The notes: generated by a model not told the origin, from the letters alone. DNA of 64,000 nt from an uncultured Clostridia bacterium (GCA_904395315.1 CAJFNT010000048.1:2387-66386); one strand, 5' to 3'. Positions 30,454-40,962 are shown, numbered from the stretch's first letter. Made by a program: numbers and translations.

Positions 30454-30560
30454 TCCCGTCAGATCCTTTCATAAGTATTGACAGCTCATCATCCGTCCTA
30501 TTATAAGCTATATTCTACTACAAATTGTGTTAAAAGTCAATGCATAGCCGCAAAAATATC

Positions 30561-32150
30561 TTATTTATCATTATTCTCATATTTCATACTGTCTCCGTCA
30601 CGTGTCAGTGAGCCAATAAACTCTCCGACTTCACTCATTATATTGAAATTCTCGCCTGATTTTACCGCGTAACATGGCTTTATATCTCCTGAATCATCTA
30701 TATAATACAAGTCTGCGTTTCTGTTGCTGTAATCATAAATACCTATTGTGTCATTATCATGAACTGTCATTATATTATTGATGCTGCTTTTTCCTCCCTT
30801 ATATTGTACCATTCCCGTTATTGACGCATAGTTCTCGGTAATGGCTTTCACATACTCATAATGCTGAATACGATCCGTATACCAATAAGAACGCTCATTA
30901 AAAATAAATATCGCTTTGCTGTCATCATGCGCGTCAGCTATTCGCATAAGCTCACCGCAATACTCCTCATCTTTGTCATTATTCCACTTATAAAGGCTTA
31001 GTTCACCTATATTGCAGATCGAAAACACCGCCACCAACAAGAAAGTGACGATCTTATATATCCCCCCCGGTAAGATCCGGCATAATACGGATTCCGCGAT
31101 CAAAGCCGTGCCTATGCATACCGGATATGCAACACGAAACGGGATCCTCACATATGAAAGTATAAATACTACCGAAATAGCAGCAGCTATAAGACCGACC
31201 CCCATCAGAATATCATACCACAATCTCCCGTCATTTCTCTCGCCTTTTGATATGAGCGCAAATATCACCGCGACAGCGGCTATAAACGATGCGTGTACAG
31301 GATTCTCAAAAATCACCCTTAATCCATCCATAAACGCTTCGCCTATAAGCTGAAACTGTAGCTCACCAAACACCTTTGTGTACCAGTCGAACGCATCACC
31401 TATATGATAACCAAGCATGTCCGCTGTTATAAGATCCGCTCTCTCTGCTACAGTCGGATTCCCGGAACTCAGTTTGTAATATAATATTGCCGCAGCGGTG
31501 AATATAACCGGAAACACCATTATCCATACAGATTTCCTATGTTTGAGCATGATTATCACAGTAAGCGCAAAAAAGATCGGTATCATTGTCTCATAAAATC
31601 CCACCGCAAACAGAGATGAAACAGCAAATATTATCAAATATCGCTTTTTCTTGGTGTTAAGATATTTCATTTCTGCGTATACGGCAAGTGACGCAAAAAA
31701 CAATGATGCTATTATACGGCTTGCCGCCGCTATCCAATAGAGCGCTTCAAATCCTATCGGAGAAAGAGCTATCACTACCATAAGCATTGCACCCGCAGAT
31801 ATCTTGCTTCCCTCAAATGCCTTATGCAGAAAATACACTGCCGCCGCAAGCATCGCCGTCAAAAGCACCTGCGCTATAGCCATGTTGCCTGTGATCGGTG
31901 TGTATATGAGCACATCTGCCAACCCGGCAAATGGTCTCACGGAAAGATCTGTCGTTGACATAATGTCGTCAGAAACGCTTCTGCCATAGTATAAGAACCA
32001 ATCATCTATCATCGGAAAGTATCTGAATCCGAATATCATTCTCTGAATCATTAAAAGAACAAACATCATGAGCGCCATAAATTCAGTTCTGTATTGTGAA
32101 ACTATACCGCCAAAAGTTCTTGCCCTCTTTCTTTTAAGTTCATCCTCCAT
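30561..32150 (-). CDS. Polytopic membrane protein, possibly a GT-C/GtrII-like glycosyltransferase
   Basis: About 12 TM helices followed by a ~150-aa soluble C-terminal domain. N-terminal FPMIDDWFLYYG acidic loop. Assignment is weak. ATG 32150 preferred (SD AAAGGAGA). Confidence 0.5.
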   Translation of the reverse strand: MEDELKRKRARTFGGIVSQYRTEFMALMMFVLLMIQRMIFGFRYFPMIDDWFLYYGRSVSDDIMSTTDLSVRPFAGLADVLIYTPITGNMAIAQVLLTAMLAAAVYFLHKAFEGSKISAGAMLMVVIALSPIGFEALYWIAAASRIIASLFFASLAVYAEMKYLNTKKKRYLIIFAVSSLFAVGFYETMIPIFFALTVIIMLKHRKSVWIMVFPVIFTAAAILYYKLSSGNPTVAERADLITADMLGYHIGDAFDWYTKVFGELQFQLIGEAFMDGLRVIFENPVHASFIAAVAVIFALISKGERNDGRLWYDILMGVGLIAAAISVVFILSYVRIPFRVAYPVCIGTALIAESVLCRILPGGIYKIVTFLLVAVFSICNIGELSLYKWNNDKDEEYCGELMRIADAHDDSKAIFIFNERSYWYTDRIQHYEYVKAITENYASITGMVQYKGGKSSINNIMTVHDNDTIGIYDYSNRNADLYYIDDSGDIKPCYAVKSGENFNIMSEVGEFIGSLTRDGDSMKYENNDK

Positions 32151-32270
32151 TTTACCCATCTCTCCTTTTTAAATATCGCAAAACCTCAAATCGTCATAAA
32201 ATTATTATACAATATTATCGCAAGTATGTCAATTTAATAATCAGACTTGATCTTATAGCTTTCAAATTAC

Positions 32271-32299
32271 TTGACAATACGATACATATAGGCTATAAT
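32271..32299 (+). promoter_or_regulatory. Consensus sigma-A promoter of metA
   Basis: TTGACA, 17 nt, TATAAT. Confidence 0.65.
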
Positions 32300-32385
32300 G
32301 TAATATAGATAAGGAGAGTTCTTTATCCTTTTTATGCAGGATAACGGGATCCGCCGAAAATCGTTATTAAGGAGTGGATGTTTTT

Positions 32386-33303
32386 ATGCCTATAAAAATT
32401 GCCGATAAGCTTCCGGCAACAAAACAGCTTACAAAAGAAAACATATTCGTAATGACCGAAAAGCGCGCGGCACGGCAGGATATACGCCCGCTCAAAATAG
32501 CGATCGTAAATCTTATGCCCGAAAAAATAAAAACTGAAACTCAGCTTTTGAGACTCCTCTCAAATTCACCGCTGCAGGTCGAAGTAGATCTGATACAGAT
32601 GACATCACATGTTTCCAAAAACACACCCACAGAGCACCTGTCAGCATTTTATAAAACATTTTACGATATAAAAGATTATAAATATGACGGAATGATAATA
32701 ACAGGGGCGCCGGTGGAAAATATGGACTTTGAAAATGTGGATTACTGGCCCGAGCTGACTGAGATCATGGAATGGTCAAAAACACACGTGACCTCTACTT
32801 TCCATATATGCTGGGCCGCACAGGCAGGCTTATATTACCACTACGGAGTGCCAAAATATCCTCTTGCAGAAAAATGCTCAGGCGTATTCAAACACAGAGT
32901 ATTAAGGCGCACAGCCAAACTTGTACGCGGCTTTGACAATATTTTTTACGCGCCGCATTCGCGCCATACAGAAGTGCGGGCAGAGGATATAAGAAAAGTT
33001 CCGGAACTTGAGATACTCTGCGATTCCAAAGAGGCCGGCGTGTACATAGTAACAACAAAAAAAGGACGCCGTATATTTGTGATGGGACACAGTGAATACG
33101 ATGCCGATACATTGAAAAATGAATATTTCAGGGATCTTGAACGAGGACTTGATCCTAAAATACCTGTGAACTATTTTCCTCACAACGATCCCACAAAAAA
33201 ACCAATAATACGCTGGAGATCGCACGCGTATCTTCTCTATTCAAATTGGCTGAATTATTTTGTATATCAAATAACACCGTATAATTTTGACGATATAAAC
33301 TGA
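32386..33303 (+). CDS. metA: Homoserine O-acyltransferase (MetA family)
   Basis: MPIKI...[56 protein letters not shown] 32386, 11 nt after AAGGAG. Confidence 0.9.
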   Translation: MPIKIADKLPATKQLTKENIFVMTEKRAARQDIRPLKIAIVNLMPEKIKTETQLLRLLSNSPLQVEVDLIQMTSHVSKNTPTEHLSAFYKTFYDIKDYKYDGMIITGAPVENMDFENVDYWPELTEIMEWSKTHVTSTFHICWAAQAGLYYHYGVPKYPLAEKCSGVFKHRVLRRTAKLVRGFDNIFYAPHSRHTEVRAEDIRKVPELEILCDSKEAGVYIVTTKKGRRIFVMGHSEYDADTLKNEYFRDLERGLDPKIPVNYFPHNDPTKKPIIRWRSHAYLLYSNWLNYFVYQITPYNFDDIN

Positions 33304-33316
33304 TAACACAGATCAT

Positions 33317-33353
33317 GGTCCGTACAGTTTTTTTGCTGTCCGGACCTCTTTTT
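33317..33353 (+). terminator. Intrinsic terminator of metA
   Basis: GGTCCGtACAG-ttttttt-gCTGTcCGGACC followed by TCTTTTT. Confidence 0.75.
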
Positions 33354-33471
33354 ATACATTTTATACATTTTTTATCTGTTTTTATTCAATATTTATTTAA
33401 ATATTATGCATTATGTCAATTTAAAAAATCCTCTTACCATGATATAATTACTTATAAAGGATGGTAGTGCC

Positions 33472-34311
33472 ATGGAAACAAATGCAAACAAAAGTGTAAC
33501 AAACGAACAATCACAGGAATACAGTCTGAAAATCAAATTTGTAAGTATGACAAAAAACAGATTCTTTGCAAAAGACCTTGCATGTAAACCCAGAGAATTC
33601 CATGCATTCATTTTTGTTGAATCAGGCAAGGCATCTGTAACAGTAAACAAACGTTTTTTCTCTGTATCAAAAAACGACATAATGCTTATACCGAGCGGTT
33701 CATCCGCAGGCATGATAAAACGAAGCGAGGATTTCACGACACGCTGCTGTAATTTTAACGCTGAACTGAACGGCACGTCTCTTTTCAGACACTGCGCGCC
33801 TCCATATCATTGCAGCTTGAATGAGGTCCCGTCAATCAAGCCAAATCTCATCAAGATTGAACAGTATTTGGAATCCGGCGATATTTTAAGCGTACTGAAA
33901 GCTGAGTCTCACCTTATGCGCATGATAACGGATTTCCTTGAGGCTGTTCCCGTGATCAACAAGTACAGCTCCACGGATTCCGGAGAATTTGCACGCAGGA
34001 TCCGCATATATGTTGAAAACCGCATATCTTCAAAAATAACAGTCGAAGACATGGCTGCCGAAATGGGATATCACCCAAAATATTTTACCGTGCTTTTCAA
34101 AAAGCATATGGGAATGACACCCGCAAAATACATAAAAGACGCAAGAATAAACAAAGCAAAACAACTTCTTGCAAACAGTAACATAAGCATTTCTGATATC
34201 GCAGAGCTTACAGGTTTCTCGACCCAACCAAAATTCGCCAATGATTTCAAAAAAGCAGTCGGCAAAACGGCTTCGGAATACAGGGCTGCAAATCATATAA
34301 TGGGAAACTGA
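33472..34311 (+). CDS. AraC-family transcriptional regulator (cupin-like N-domain + HTH)
   Basis: C-terminal motifs VEDMAAEMGYHPKYFTVLFKKHMGMTPAKY and ISDIAELTGFSTQPKFANDFKKAVGKTASEYR. Confidence 0.75.
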   Translation: METNANKSVTNEQSQEYSLKIKFVSMTKNRFFAKDLACKPREFHAFIFVESGKASVTVNKRFFSVSKNDIMLIPSGSSAGMIKRSEDFTTRCCNFNAELNGTSLFRHCAPPYHCSLNEVPSIKPNLIKIEQYLESGDILSVLKAESHLMRMITDFLEAVPVINKYSSTDSGEFARRIRIYVENRISSKITVEDMAAEMGYHPKYFTVLFKKHMGMTPAKYIKDARINKAKQLLANSNISISDIAELTGFSTQPKFANDFKKAVGKTASEYRAANHIMGN

Positions 34312-34351
34312 AAAAACACTCCGGTGCTGATACGCACCGAGAGTGTTTTTT
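34311..34351. terminator. Bidirectional terminator (AraC gene / polyamine operon)
   Basis: A6-ACACTCCGGTGC-tgatac-GCACCGaGAGTGT-T6. Confidence 0.8.
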
Positions 34352-34354
34352 CAG

Positions 34355-35479
34355 TTACAACCTTCGTTTAAAGTCTTCATATCCGAATTCGCGGATCGCA
34401 TAGATGCCCCCGTTTAAATTCATTCCACAGATAGACGGAAGACAAACACCGTTGAATGTATTATTCTTTACCGTTGTGTATATAGCCATATCCTTAAAAA
34501 TAAGCCTGTCTCCTATCCTCAGTTCTTTTTCGAAAGAATAATCTCCGATTATATCGCCGGCAAGACACGTAACGGACGAAAGTCTGTAAGTATATGCCTT
34601 CTCACCCGGCTCATACCCATTCACAAGCGGAGGACGGTAAGGCATTTCAAGCACATCAGGCATATGGCATGCCGCCGATGCATCGAGTATCGCAGTCTTT
34701 ATTCCGTTATCCACGACCTCGCATACTGTCGAGACAAGATATCCGGCATTCAGCGCGACTGCCTCTCCCGGCTCCAAATAAACTTCTACACTATATTTTT
34801 CCTTTATGCGCTTTATTTCTGATATAAGCAGTTTTATATCATAATCTTTTCTTGTTATATGATGACCTCCGCCGAAATTTATCCATTTCATCTTATAAAG
34901 ATACTTTCCAAACTTCTCCTCGACAGCCGCCAAAGTAGTTTTAAGCGCGTCAGCATTCTGCTCACAGAGTGTATGGAAATGGAAACCGCTTATACCATCA
35001 AGCTCATCCGGCTCAAAATTTGACTCAGTTATACCCAGCCGTGAACCCGGCGCGCACGGATCATATATCCCATGCTCCTGTGTGGAGCATTCAGGATTCA
35101 GCCTCAGTCCAAAACTTCCACCATGAGCAAGAGCTTTTCCGCGGAATCTTTTCCACTGCGAAAACGAGTTGAATACAACATGGTCACATATATCGAGAAG
35201 CTCGTCAAACTCGCTTTCCTTATATGCGGGACTGAACACATGATTCTCTCCATGCATCTCCTCATGAGCAAGCCTTGCCTCAAAGAGTCCGCTCGCTGTC
35301 GCGCCGCTGATATATCTCTTAATGAGCGGATAATACGCATAATTTGAAAATGCTTTCTGCGCCAGCAGTATTCGGCACCCCGCCTCACGCTCCACCGATC
35401 GCAGTATCTCAAGATTCCTTATCAGCGCCGCCTCATTTATCACATAACACGGTGTTGGAACATTCTGCAAAGTATACAT
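34355..35479 (-). CDS. nspC: Carboxy(nor)spermidine decarboxylase
   Basis: 374 aa, alanine-racemase-fold decarboxylase. N-terminus VPTPCYVINEAALIRNLEIL, and FGGGHH, typical of CANSDC/CASDC. Confidence 0.8.
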   Translation of the reverse strand: MYTLQNVPTPCYVINEAALIRNLEILRSVEREAGCRILLAQKAFSNYAYYPLIKRYISGATASGLFEARLAHEEMHGENHVFSPAYKESEFDELLDICDHVVFNSFSQWKRFRGKALAHGGSFGLRLNPECSTQEHGIYDPCAPGSRLGITESNFEPDELDGISGFHFHTLCEQNADALKTTLAAVEEKFGKYLYKMKWINFGGGHHITRKDYDIKLLISEIKRIKEKYSVEVYLEPGEAVALNAGYLVSTVCEVVDNGIKTAILDASAACHMPDVLEMPYRPPLVNGYEPGEKAYTYRLSSVTCLAGDIIGDYSFEKELRIGDRLIFKDMAIYTTVKNNTFNGVCLPSICGMNLNGGIYAIREFGYEDFKRRL

Positions 35480-35482
35480 ATA

Positions 35483-36685
35483 TCAATCCACCATTTCCGG
35501 ACTGCGGCTTTCCTGCCAAGGCAGACCCCACTTGTTAAGAGCGTCCATAAACGGATCCGGATCAAACTCCTCAATATTGTAAACTCCGGGCTTGTTCCAT
35601 TTTCCGGTCATGATCATCATAGCGCCGATCATCGCCGGCACACCGGTCGTGTATGATACAGCCTGCGAGTCCACCTCTTTATAACACTCCTGGTGATCAC
35701 AAACATTATAAAGATAATACGTCTTATCCTTGCCGTCTTTCTTTCCCTTGAAAATGCATCCTATATTCGTCTTTCCTACGGTCCTCGGGCCAAGCGATGC
35801 CGGATCTGGCAAAACAGCTTTTAAAAACTGCAGCGGAACGATCTTTTTTCCTTCGAACTCGATCGGTTCTATCGACGTCATTCCCACATCCTCAAGGCAG
35901 CGCAAATGAGTAAGATAGCTCTCGCCGAATGTCATAAAGAAACGAATACGCTTTATACCCGGTATGTTGAGCGCAAGGGATTCTATTTCCTCATGATGAA
36001 GAAGATACATATCACGCTTGCCGACCTCCGGGAAGTCATATACACGCTTTATCTCCATAGGTTTCGTCTCTACCCAATGTCCGTCCTCCCAGTAGCTGCC
36101 GTTCGCGCTGACCTCGCGGATATTTATCTCCGGATTGAAATTTGTCGCAAACGGATACCCATGGTCTCCCGCATTGCAGTCGAGGATATCTATATAGTTT
36201 ATCTCATCAAATTCATGCTTTAACGCATATGCCGAGAACACTCCGGTCACACCCGGATCAAACCCGCTTCCGAGAAGAGCGGTGATCCCGGCCTCCTTAA
36301 ATTTATCACGGTATGCCCACTGCCATTTGTATTCGAATTTTGCCGTGTCTTCCGGCTCATAATTAGCTGTATCCACGTAGTTCGTCTTAGTAGCGAGACA
36401 TGCGTCCATTATCGTAAGATCCTGATAAGGAAGAGCAAGATTCAAAACAACATCCGGCTTGAATCCGTTTATCAGCTCGATAAGCTCGTCCACATTGTCA
36501 GCATCCACCTTAGCCGTGCTGATCTTTGTTGAGGATGTTCCGTCAAGCTTTTCTTTCAAAGCGTCACACTTTGACTTTGTACGGCTTGCTATCATTATCT
36601 CATCAAACACCTCACTGTTCTGAACGCATTTGTGGATAGCAACGGACGCAACCCCTCCGCATCCTATTATAAGACATTTACCCAT
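35483..36685 (-). CDS. Carboxy(nor)spermidine synthase/dehydrogenase (saccharopine-dehydrogenase family)
   Basis: Rossmann N-terminus MGKCLIIGCGGVASV. About 400 aa. Immediately upstream of nspC (3-nt gap). Confidence 0.8.
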   Translation of the reverse strand: MGKCLIIGCGGVASVAIHKCVQNSEVFDEIMIASRTKSKCDALKEKLDGTSSTKISTAKVDADNVDELIELINGFKPDVVLNLALPYQDLTIMDACLATKTNYVDTANYEPEDTAKFEYKWQWAYRDKFKEAGITALLGSGFDPGVTGVFSAYALKHEFDEINYIDILDCNAGDHGYPFATNFNPEINIREVSANGSYWEDGHWVETKPMEIKRVYDFPEVGKRDMYLLHHEEIESLALNIPGIKRIRFFMTFGESYLTHLRCLEDVGMTSIEPIEFEGKKIVPLQFLKAVLPDPASLGPRTVGKTNIGCIFKGKKDGKDKTYYLYNVCDHQECYKEVDSQAVSYTTGVPAMIGAMMIMTGKWNKPGVYNIEEFDPDPFMDALNKWGLPWQESRSPEMVD

Positions 36686-36711
36686 TTTCATCATTCCTTT
36701 CCTTGCTTTAT

Positions 36712-37575
36712 TTATTCCGAAAATTTATTGTCATATACCGCAAGCATAAGCTCACGCATCACTTTGAGCGCTGTAGCGGTTGAAGCTCCGCTCTGGTCGA
36801 GCATAGGCGAAAGCTCATTTATGTCCATCCCTACTATATTGAGCTTTGAAACTTTTAACACAGCTGCCAAAAGCTCTTTGAATGTCACGCCTCCGGCTTC
36901 CGGTGTGCCCGTTCCCGGAAATACAGACGGATCAAGCACATCAAGATCTAAAGTGAAATATACAGGCTTATCACCTATATCGCTGATAACCTCATCCAGA
37001 CCTTCAAATCCGAACAGACTCGTTTTTACATGATCTTTTCCCCACTTAAATTCCGATCTGTCTCCACTTCTTATCCCAAATTGAAATATCCTGCCGTCGC
37101 CAAGTATATCCCACACTCGTCTGATGACCGCGGCGTGCGACAATTCCGCGCCGAGATATTCATCTCGCAGATCAGCGTGGGCATCAAAATGTATTATATT
37201 CAGATCCGGATACTTTTTCGCCGCAGCCCTGACTGCGCCGAGCGTCACGAGATGTTCACCGCCTATCATAAGCGGTATTTTTCCGCAGTCGATTATCTCT
37301 GCAGTCCTGTTTTCAATATCCTTGAGAGCCAACTCCGGTCTGCCGAAGCAAAGCTCAAGATCCCCCGAATCGAAAATATCCGCATCCTCAAGATCAAGAT
37401 CCTGATACGGACTGTATGTTTCAAGTCCAAACGATTCGGATCTCATCGTTTTGGGAGCAAATCTCGTCCCCGGTCTGAATGATGTTGTTGAATCATACGG
37501 CGCTCCGAATATCACTATCCTGCTCTCCTCAAACTCATTGTCACATCCGAGAAATGTTTCTATGTTTTTTTCCAT
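36712..37575 (-). CDS. speB: Agmatinase (ureohydrolase family)
   Basis: IHFDAHADLR, GGEH, TLDLDVLDPS Mn-binding motifs. Confidence 0.85.
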   Translation of the reverse strand: MEKNIETFLGCDNEFEESRIVIFGAPYDSTTSFRPGTRFAPKTMRSESFGLETYSPYQDLDLEDADIFDSGDLELCFGRPELALKDIENRTAEIIDCGKIPLMIGGEHLVTLGAVRAAAKKYPDLNIIHFDAHADLRDEYLGAELSHAAVIRRVWDILGDGRIFQFGIRSGDRSEFKWGKDHVKTSLFGFEGLDEVISDIGDKPVYFTLDLDVLDPSVFPGTGTPEAGGVTFKELLAAVLKVSKLNIVGMDINELSPMLDQSGASTATALKVMRELMLAVYDNKFSE

Positions 37576-37607
37576 CCGATATTCCCTTTCTGAATATTTT
37601 GATCTGT

Positions 37608-38471
37608 TTATTCCGGCTCTACATCACTCAAAAGCTTTTCGACATATGCCGGCACATAAAACGCGCCCTTATGCACATGCGGCGTATAATATTTTGTTTC
37701 TATACCGTATTTTAACCACCGTTCCTCGCTGAAATCTCGCAGCGGATGATATTTTTTCGTTGCAAAACCAAAAAGCCAATGTCCTGACGGATATGTCGGG
37801 ATATGCGCCTGATATACGCGGCAAACATCAAATGAGCTTACGATCCTCTTGTGCGCCCTCTGCATCGCATATGCATCCTCATCATAAAACGGACTCTCAT
37901 GCTGATTTACCATTATGCCGTCTTCACGCAGAGCTTTAAAACAGTTACCGTAAAACTCCATAGTAAACAGCCCTTCCCCCGGTCCGAACGGATCTGTCGA
38001 ATCCACAATGATCAGATCGTACATATTCTCACAGTGCCTTATATATTTAAGTCCGTCTTCAAAATGGAAACTTATCTTTCCCTCTTTATTATCAAGACAC
38101 GCGGCAGTCTGAGGAAGAAATTCACGGCATACTTTTACGACTTCCTCATCTATTTCCACAAGATCTATAGTCTTAACAAAGTCATACCTCAAAAGCTCTC
38201 TTACCGTGCCTCCATCCCCTCCGCCGATAACAAGAATGTTCTCAGCACGAGGATGTACAGCCATCGGAACGTGCGTTATCATCTCATGATATATGAACTC
38301 ATCCTTTTCTGTAAGCATCATATACCCATCGAGAGTCAAAAACCTTCCGAATTCCGGAGATTCAAATATATCTATCTGCTGGAATTCACTTTTTCCCGAA
38401 TACAGCTGTTTTGTAACTTTAACAGAAAACTTTACATTCTTTGTGTGGTTTTCCGTAAACCATAATTCCAT
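37608..38471 (-). CDS. speE: Spermidine synthase (aminopropyltransferase)
   Basis: MELWFTE..., VIGGGDGGTVRELL, IIVDSTDPFGPGEGLF. ATG 38471 matches the Bacillus SpeE N-terminus. Confidence 0.9.
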   Translation of the reverse strand: MELWFTENHTKNVKFSVKVTKQLYSGKSEFQQIDIFESPEFGRFLTLDGYMMLTEKDEFIYHEMITHVPMAVHPRAENILVIGGGDGGTVRELLRYDFVKTIDLVEIDEEVVKVCREFLPQTAACLDNKEGKISFHFEDGLKYIRHCENMYDLIIVDSTDPFGPGEGLFTMEFYGNCFKALREDGIMVNQHESPFYDEDAYAMQRAHKRIVSSFDVCRVYQAHIPTYPSGHWLFGFATKKYHPLRDFSEERWLKYGIETKYYTPHVHKGAFYVPAYVEKLLSDVEPE

Positions 38472-38543
38472 GTTACATAAAACCTTTCCGTCCGCCATAC
38501 TTACCGCACATCGGACGCGGACCGTCCCTGCTGTGCGTTCCTT

Positions 38544-39983
38544 TTATTTGATCACATTTATAAGTCTTGTTTCAATATCCTCCGTACCCAGAAGAGTACA
38601 CCCTTTTTCACGCGCATATGAAATATATTCTATTATCTGATCAGTAATAAGCTCTCCCGGCGCAAGTATCGGTATCCCGGGAGGATAACACATAACAAAC
38701 TCAGAACATATCCTTCCCGCGGAACGCTCTATCGGAAGCTGCTCCTTATCCGCGTAAAACGCATCGCGCGGAGTTTCCATAAGTATCGGGTTAATATACT
38801 CCGTCTCGAGCATACCGGTCTTATCTCGTTTAAAGCGCCGACGTATCTCAGACAGCGCGCTTATCAATCTCTCAATATCTTTCTCTCTGTCTCCTACCGA
38901 AACATAGGCAAGCAGATTCCCCATATCTCCAAACTCAGTCTGTATATCATAATCATCACGCAGTATGTCATATACCTCGATTCCGGCAAGTCCCGTGTCA
39001 AGAGTATGGATCGAAAGCTTTGTATCGTCAAAATCAAATATAGAGTCACCGTTTATAAGCTCGCTGGAATACGCGTAATAATCACCTATCTCATTTATCT
39101 CATCCCGCGCGTACTCTACAAGCGCCTTTATCCTGTCAAATATTCTTTTTCCGTTCAGCGCCAGATTGCGTCTTGATATATCAAGGCTCGACATCAGCAG
39201 ATACGAACCGCTTGTAGTCTGTGTAAGATTTATTATCTGACGAACATAATCCGAATTCACTCCGGGACCGGTCAGCAAAAACGAGCTTTGCGTGAGAGAG
39301 CCTCCGGATTTATGCATACTGACCGCCGCTATATCCGCGCCGGCATGTATCGCGGCCGCAGGCATATCGTTCCCGAAATAAAAATGCGTGCCGTGCGCCT
39401 CATCGGCAAGCACGAGCATACCATGCCTATGAGCCAGCTCAACTATGGATCTTATATCGGAGCATATCCCATAATATGTGGGGTTATTCACTACAACCGC
39501 CTTTGCTGACGGATGCTCCTTTATTGCGCGCTCGACCTCTGAAACACGCATCCCAAGAGATATCCCCAGCCGCGCGTTTGTTTCCGGATTTACATATATA
39601 GGGACAGCTCCGCACAGTATAAGCGCGTTTATCACACTTCTGTGCACATTTCGGGGCAGTATTATCTCATCTCCCGCCTTTACAGCCGAAAGTATCATAC
39701 TCTGCACAGCAGACGTTGTGCCCCCAACCATAAAAAAGGCATGCGCCGCGCCGAACGCGTCGGCTGCAAGTTCCTCAGCCTCTTTTATTACAGAGACCGG
39801 ATGACACAGGTTATCAAGCGGTTTCATGGAATTTACATCCACTTCCATACACTGTTTGCCTAAAAATTCGGTCAGCTCTCTGTTTCCTCTGCCCCGCTTA
39901 TGTCCCGGAACGTCAAACGGGACGATCCTCATATTTTTCAAGTTAGTAAGAGCCTCATATACCGGCGCTCTGTTCTGATCCAT
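38544..39983 (-). CDS. speA: Arginine decarboxylase (Orn/Lys/Arg decarboxylase fold-I PLP enzyme, Bacillus SpeA type)
   Basis: FDVPGHKRG, PLP lysine context SMHKSGGSLTQSS. About 480 aa. SD AAAGGGGAA. Confidence 0.8.
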   Translation of the reverse strand: MDQNRAPVYEALTNLKNMRIVPFDVPGHKRGRGNRELTEFLGKQCMEVDVNSMKPLDNLCHPVSVIKEAEELAADAFGAAHAFFMVGGTTSAVQSMILSAVKAGDEIILPRNVHRSVINALILCGAVPIYVNPETNARLGISLGMRVSEVERAIKEHPSAKAVVVNNPTYYGICSDIRSIVELAHRHGMLVLADEAHGTHFYFGNDMPAAAIHAGADIAAVSMHKSGGSLTQSSFLLTGPGVNSDYVRQIINLTQTTSGSYLLMSSLDISRRNLALNGKRIFDRIKALVEYARDEINEIGDYYAYSSELINGDSIFDFDDTKLSIHTLDTGLAGIEVYDILRDDYDIQTEFGDMGNLLAYVSVGDREKDIERLISALSEIRRRFKRDKTGMLETEYINPILMETPRDAFYADKEQLPIERSAGRICSEFVMCYPPGIPILAPGELITDQIIEYISYAREKGCTLLGTEDIETRLINVIK

Positions 39984-40018
39984 ACCGCAATTCCCCTTTA
40001 CCACGTCGGCACACGCCG

Positions 40019-40816
40019 CTATTTGTGAAAAACATTCTTCCCGCTGTAGATCTCTATCATTTCCTTGCGGAGATTCTCAAGTATTCTCTCCCGTTCCTCC
40101 GGCGAAAGATCATAAGCGTTCGTATTAAACAAATAATTTGAAAGATCAAGTTCCTTTATCATAAGCCTTGTGTGGAACATATTAGCCTGATAGACATTTA
40201 TATCTGTCGCATTATATATATCAAGTGTCGCCTCATCAATATAATCCTGTATAGACGTCATCTCGTGATCCAAAAACAACTTCCTGCCCTTTACATCTCT
40301 CGTAAAGCCTCTGACCCTATAGTCCATAGTTATTATATCGGAATCAAAGCTGCCTATGAGATAATCAAGAGTGTGCAGCGGCGAAATATGTCCGCAGGTC
40401 TCTATATCTATATCAACTCTAAATGTAGCAATGCTCGTTTCCGGATGAAATTCCGGGTATGTGTGAACTGTTATATGGCTTTTATCAAGATGTCCCACAA
40501 TTATCTCAGGTGTTTCTGTTCCGCTGCTTTTTTTCTGTTTCTCTTTTCCTCCGCAGTCCCTGTCCACACTTGTCTCAGCTATCAGAAATGCCACTGATGC
40601 TCCCTGCGGCTCATAATCCTGTTTCGATACATTCAGCACATGCGCGCCTATCATATCTGTCAGCTTATACAAAATATTCGTAAGCCTATCGGAACTGTAC
40701 TGTGAATCGATATAGGCTATATATTCAAGCTGATCTCTGTTTGTTTTGGCGTAACAAACATCATAAATATTAAAACTCAGCGATTTTGTCAGATTATTGA
40801 ATCCATAAAGACGCAT
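40019..40816 (-). CDS. speD: S-adenosylmethionine decarboxylase proenzyme (long, E. coli SpeD type)
   Basis: LYGFNNLTKSLSFNIYDVCYAKT..QDYEPQGASV is colinear with E. coli SpeD from memory. ATG 40816 (SD GGAGGT). Confidence 0.85.
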   Translation of the reverse strand: MRLYGFNNLTKSLSFNIYDVCYAKTNRDQLEYIAYIDSQYSSDRLTNILYKLTDMIGAHVLNVSKQDYEPQGASVAFLIAETSVDRDCGGKEKQKKSSGTETPEIIVGHLDKSHITVHTYPEFHPETSIATFRVDIDIETCGHISPLHTLDYLIGSFDSDIITMDYRVRGFTRDVKGRKLFLDHEMTSIQDYIDEATLDIYNATDINVYQANMFHTRLMIKELDLSNYLFNTNAYDLSPEERERILENLRKEMIEIYSGKNVFHK

Positions 40817-40962
40817 CCGATTACCTCCGTAAAACGTATAGCGCGCCGCATTATCCTGCACACTTCAGTATCTATCGACACATTAAGCTTTGCCCTGCGC
40901 TATCACAATAAACACATCCAGAATAAAGACGATTTTTCGTCTTTATTTCCTAAGTCGTGTTT

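Noticed and set aside
30454-30560. Possible SAM-I (S-box) or SMK-box riboswitch upstream of metK.
   Set aside because: The leader after the TTGACT-17-TAGAAT promoter is only ~55-60 nt. None of the conserved S-box core strings is visible, and there is no convincing anti-SD pairing for an SMK box.
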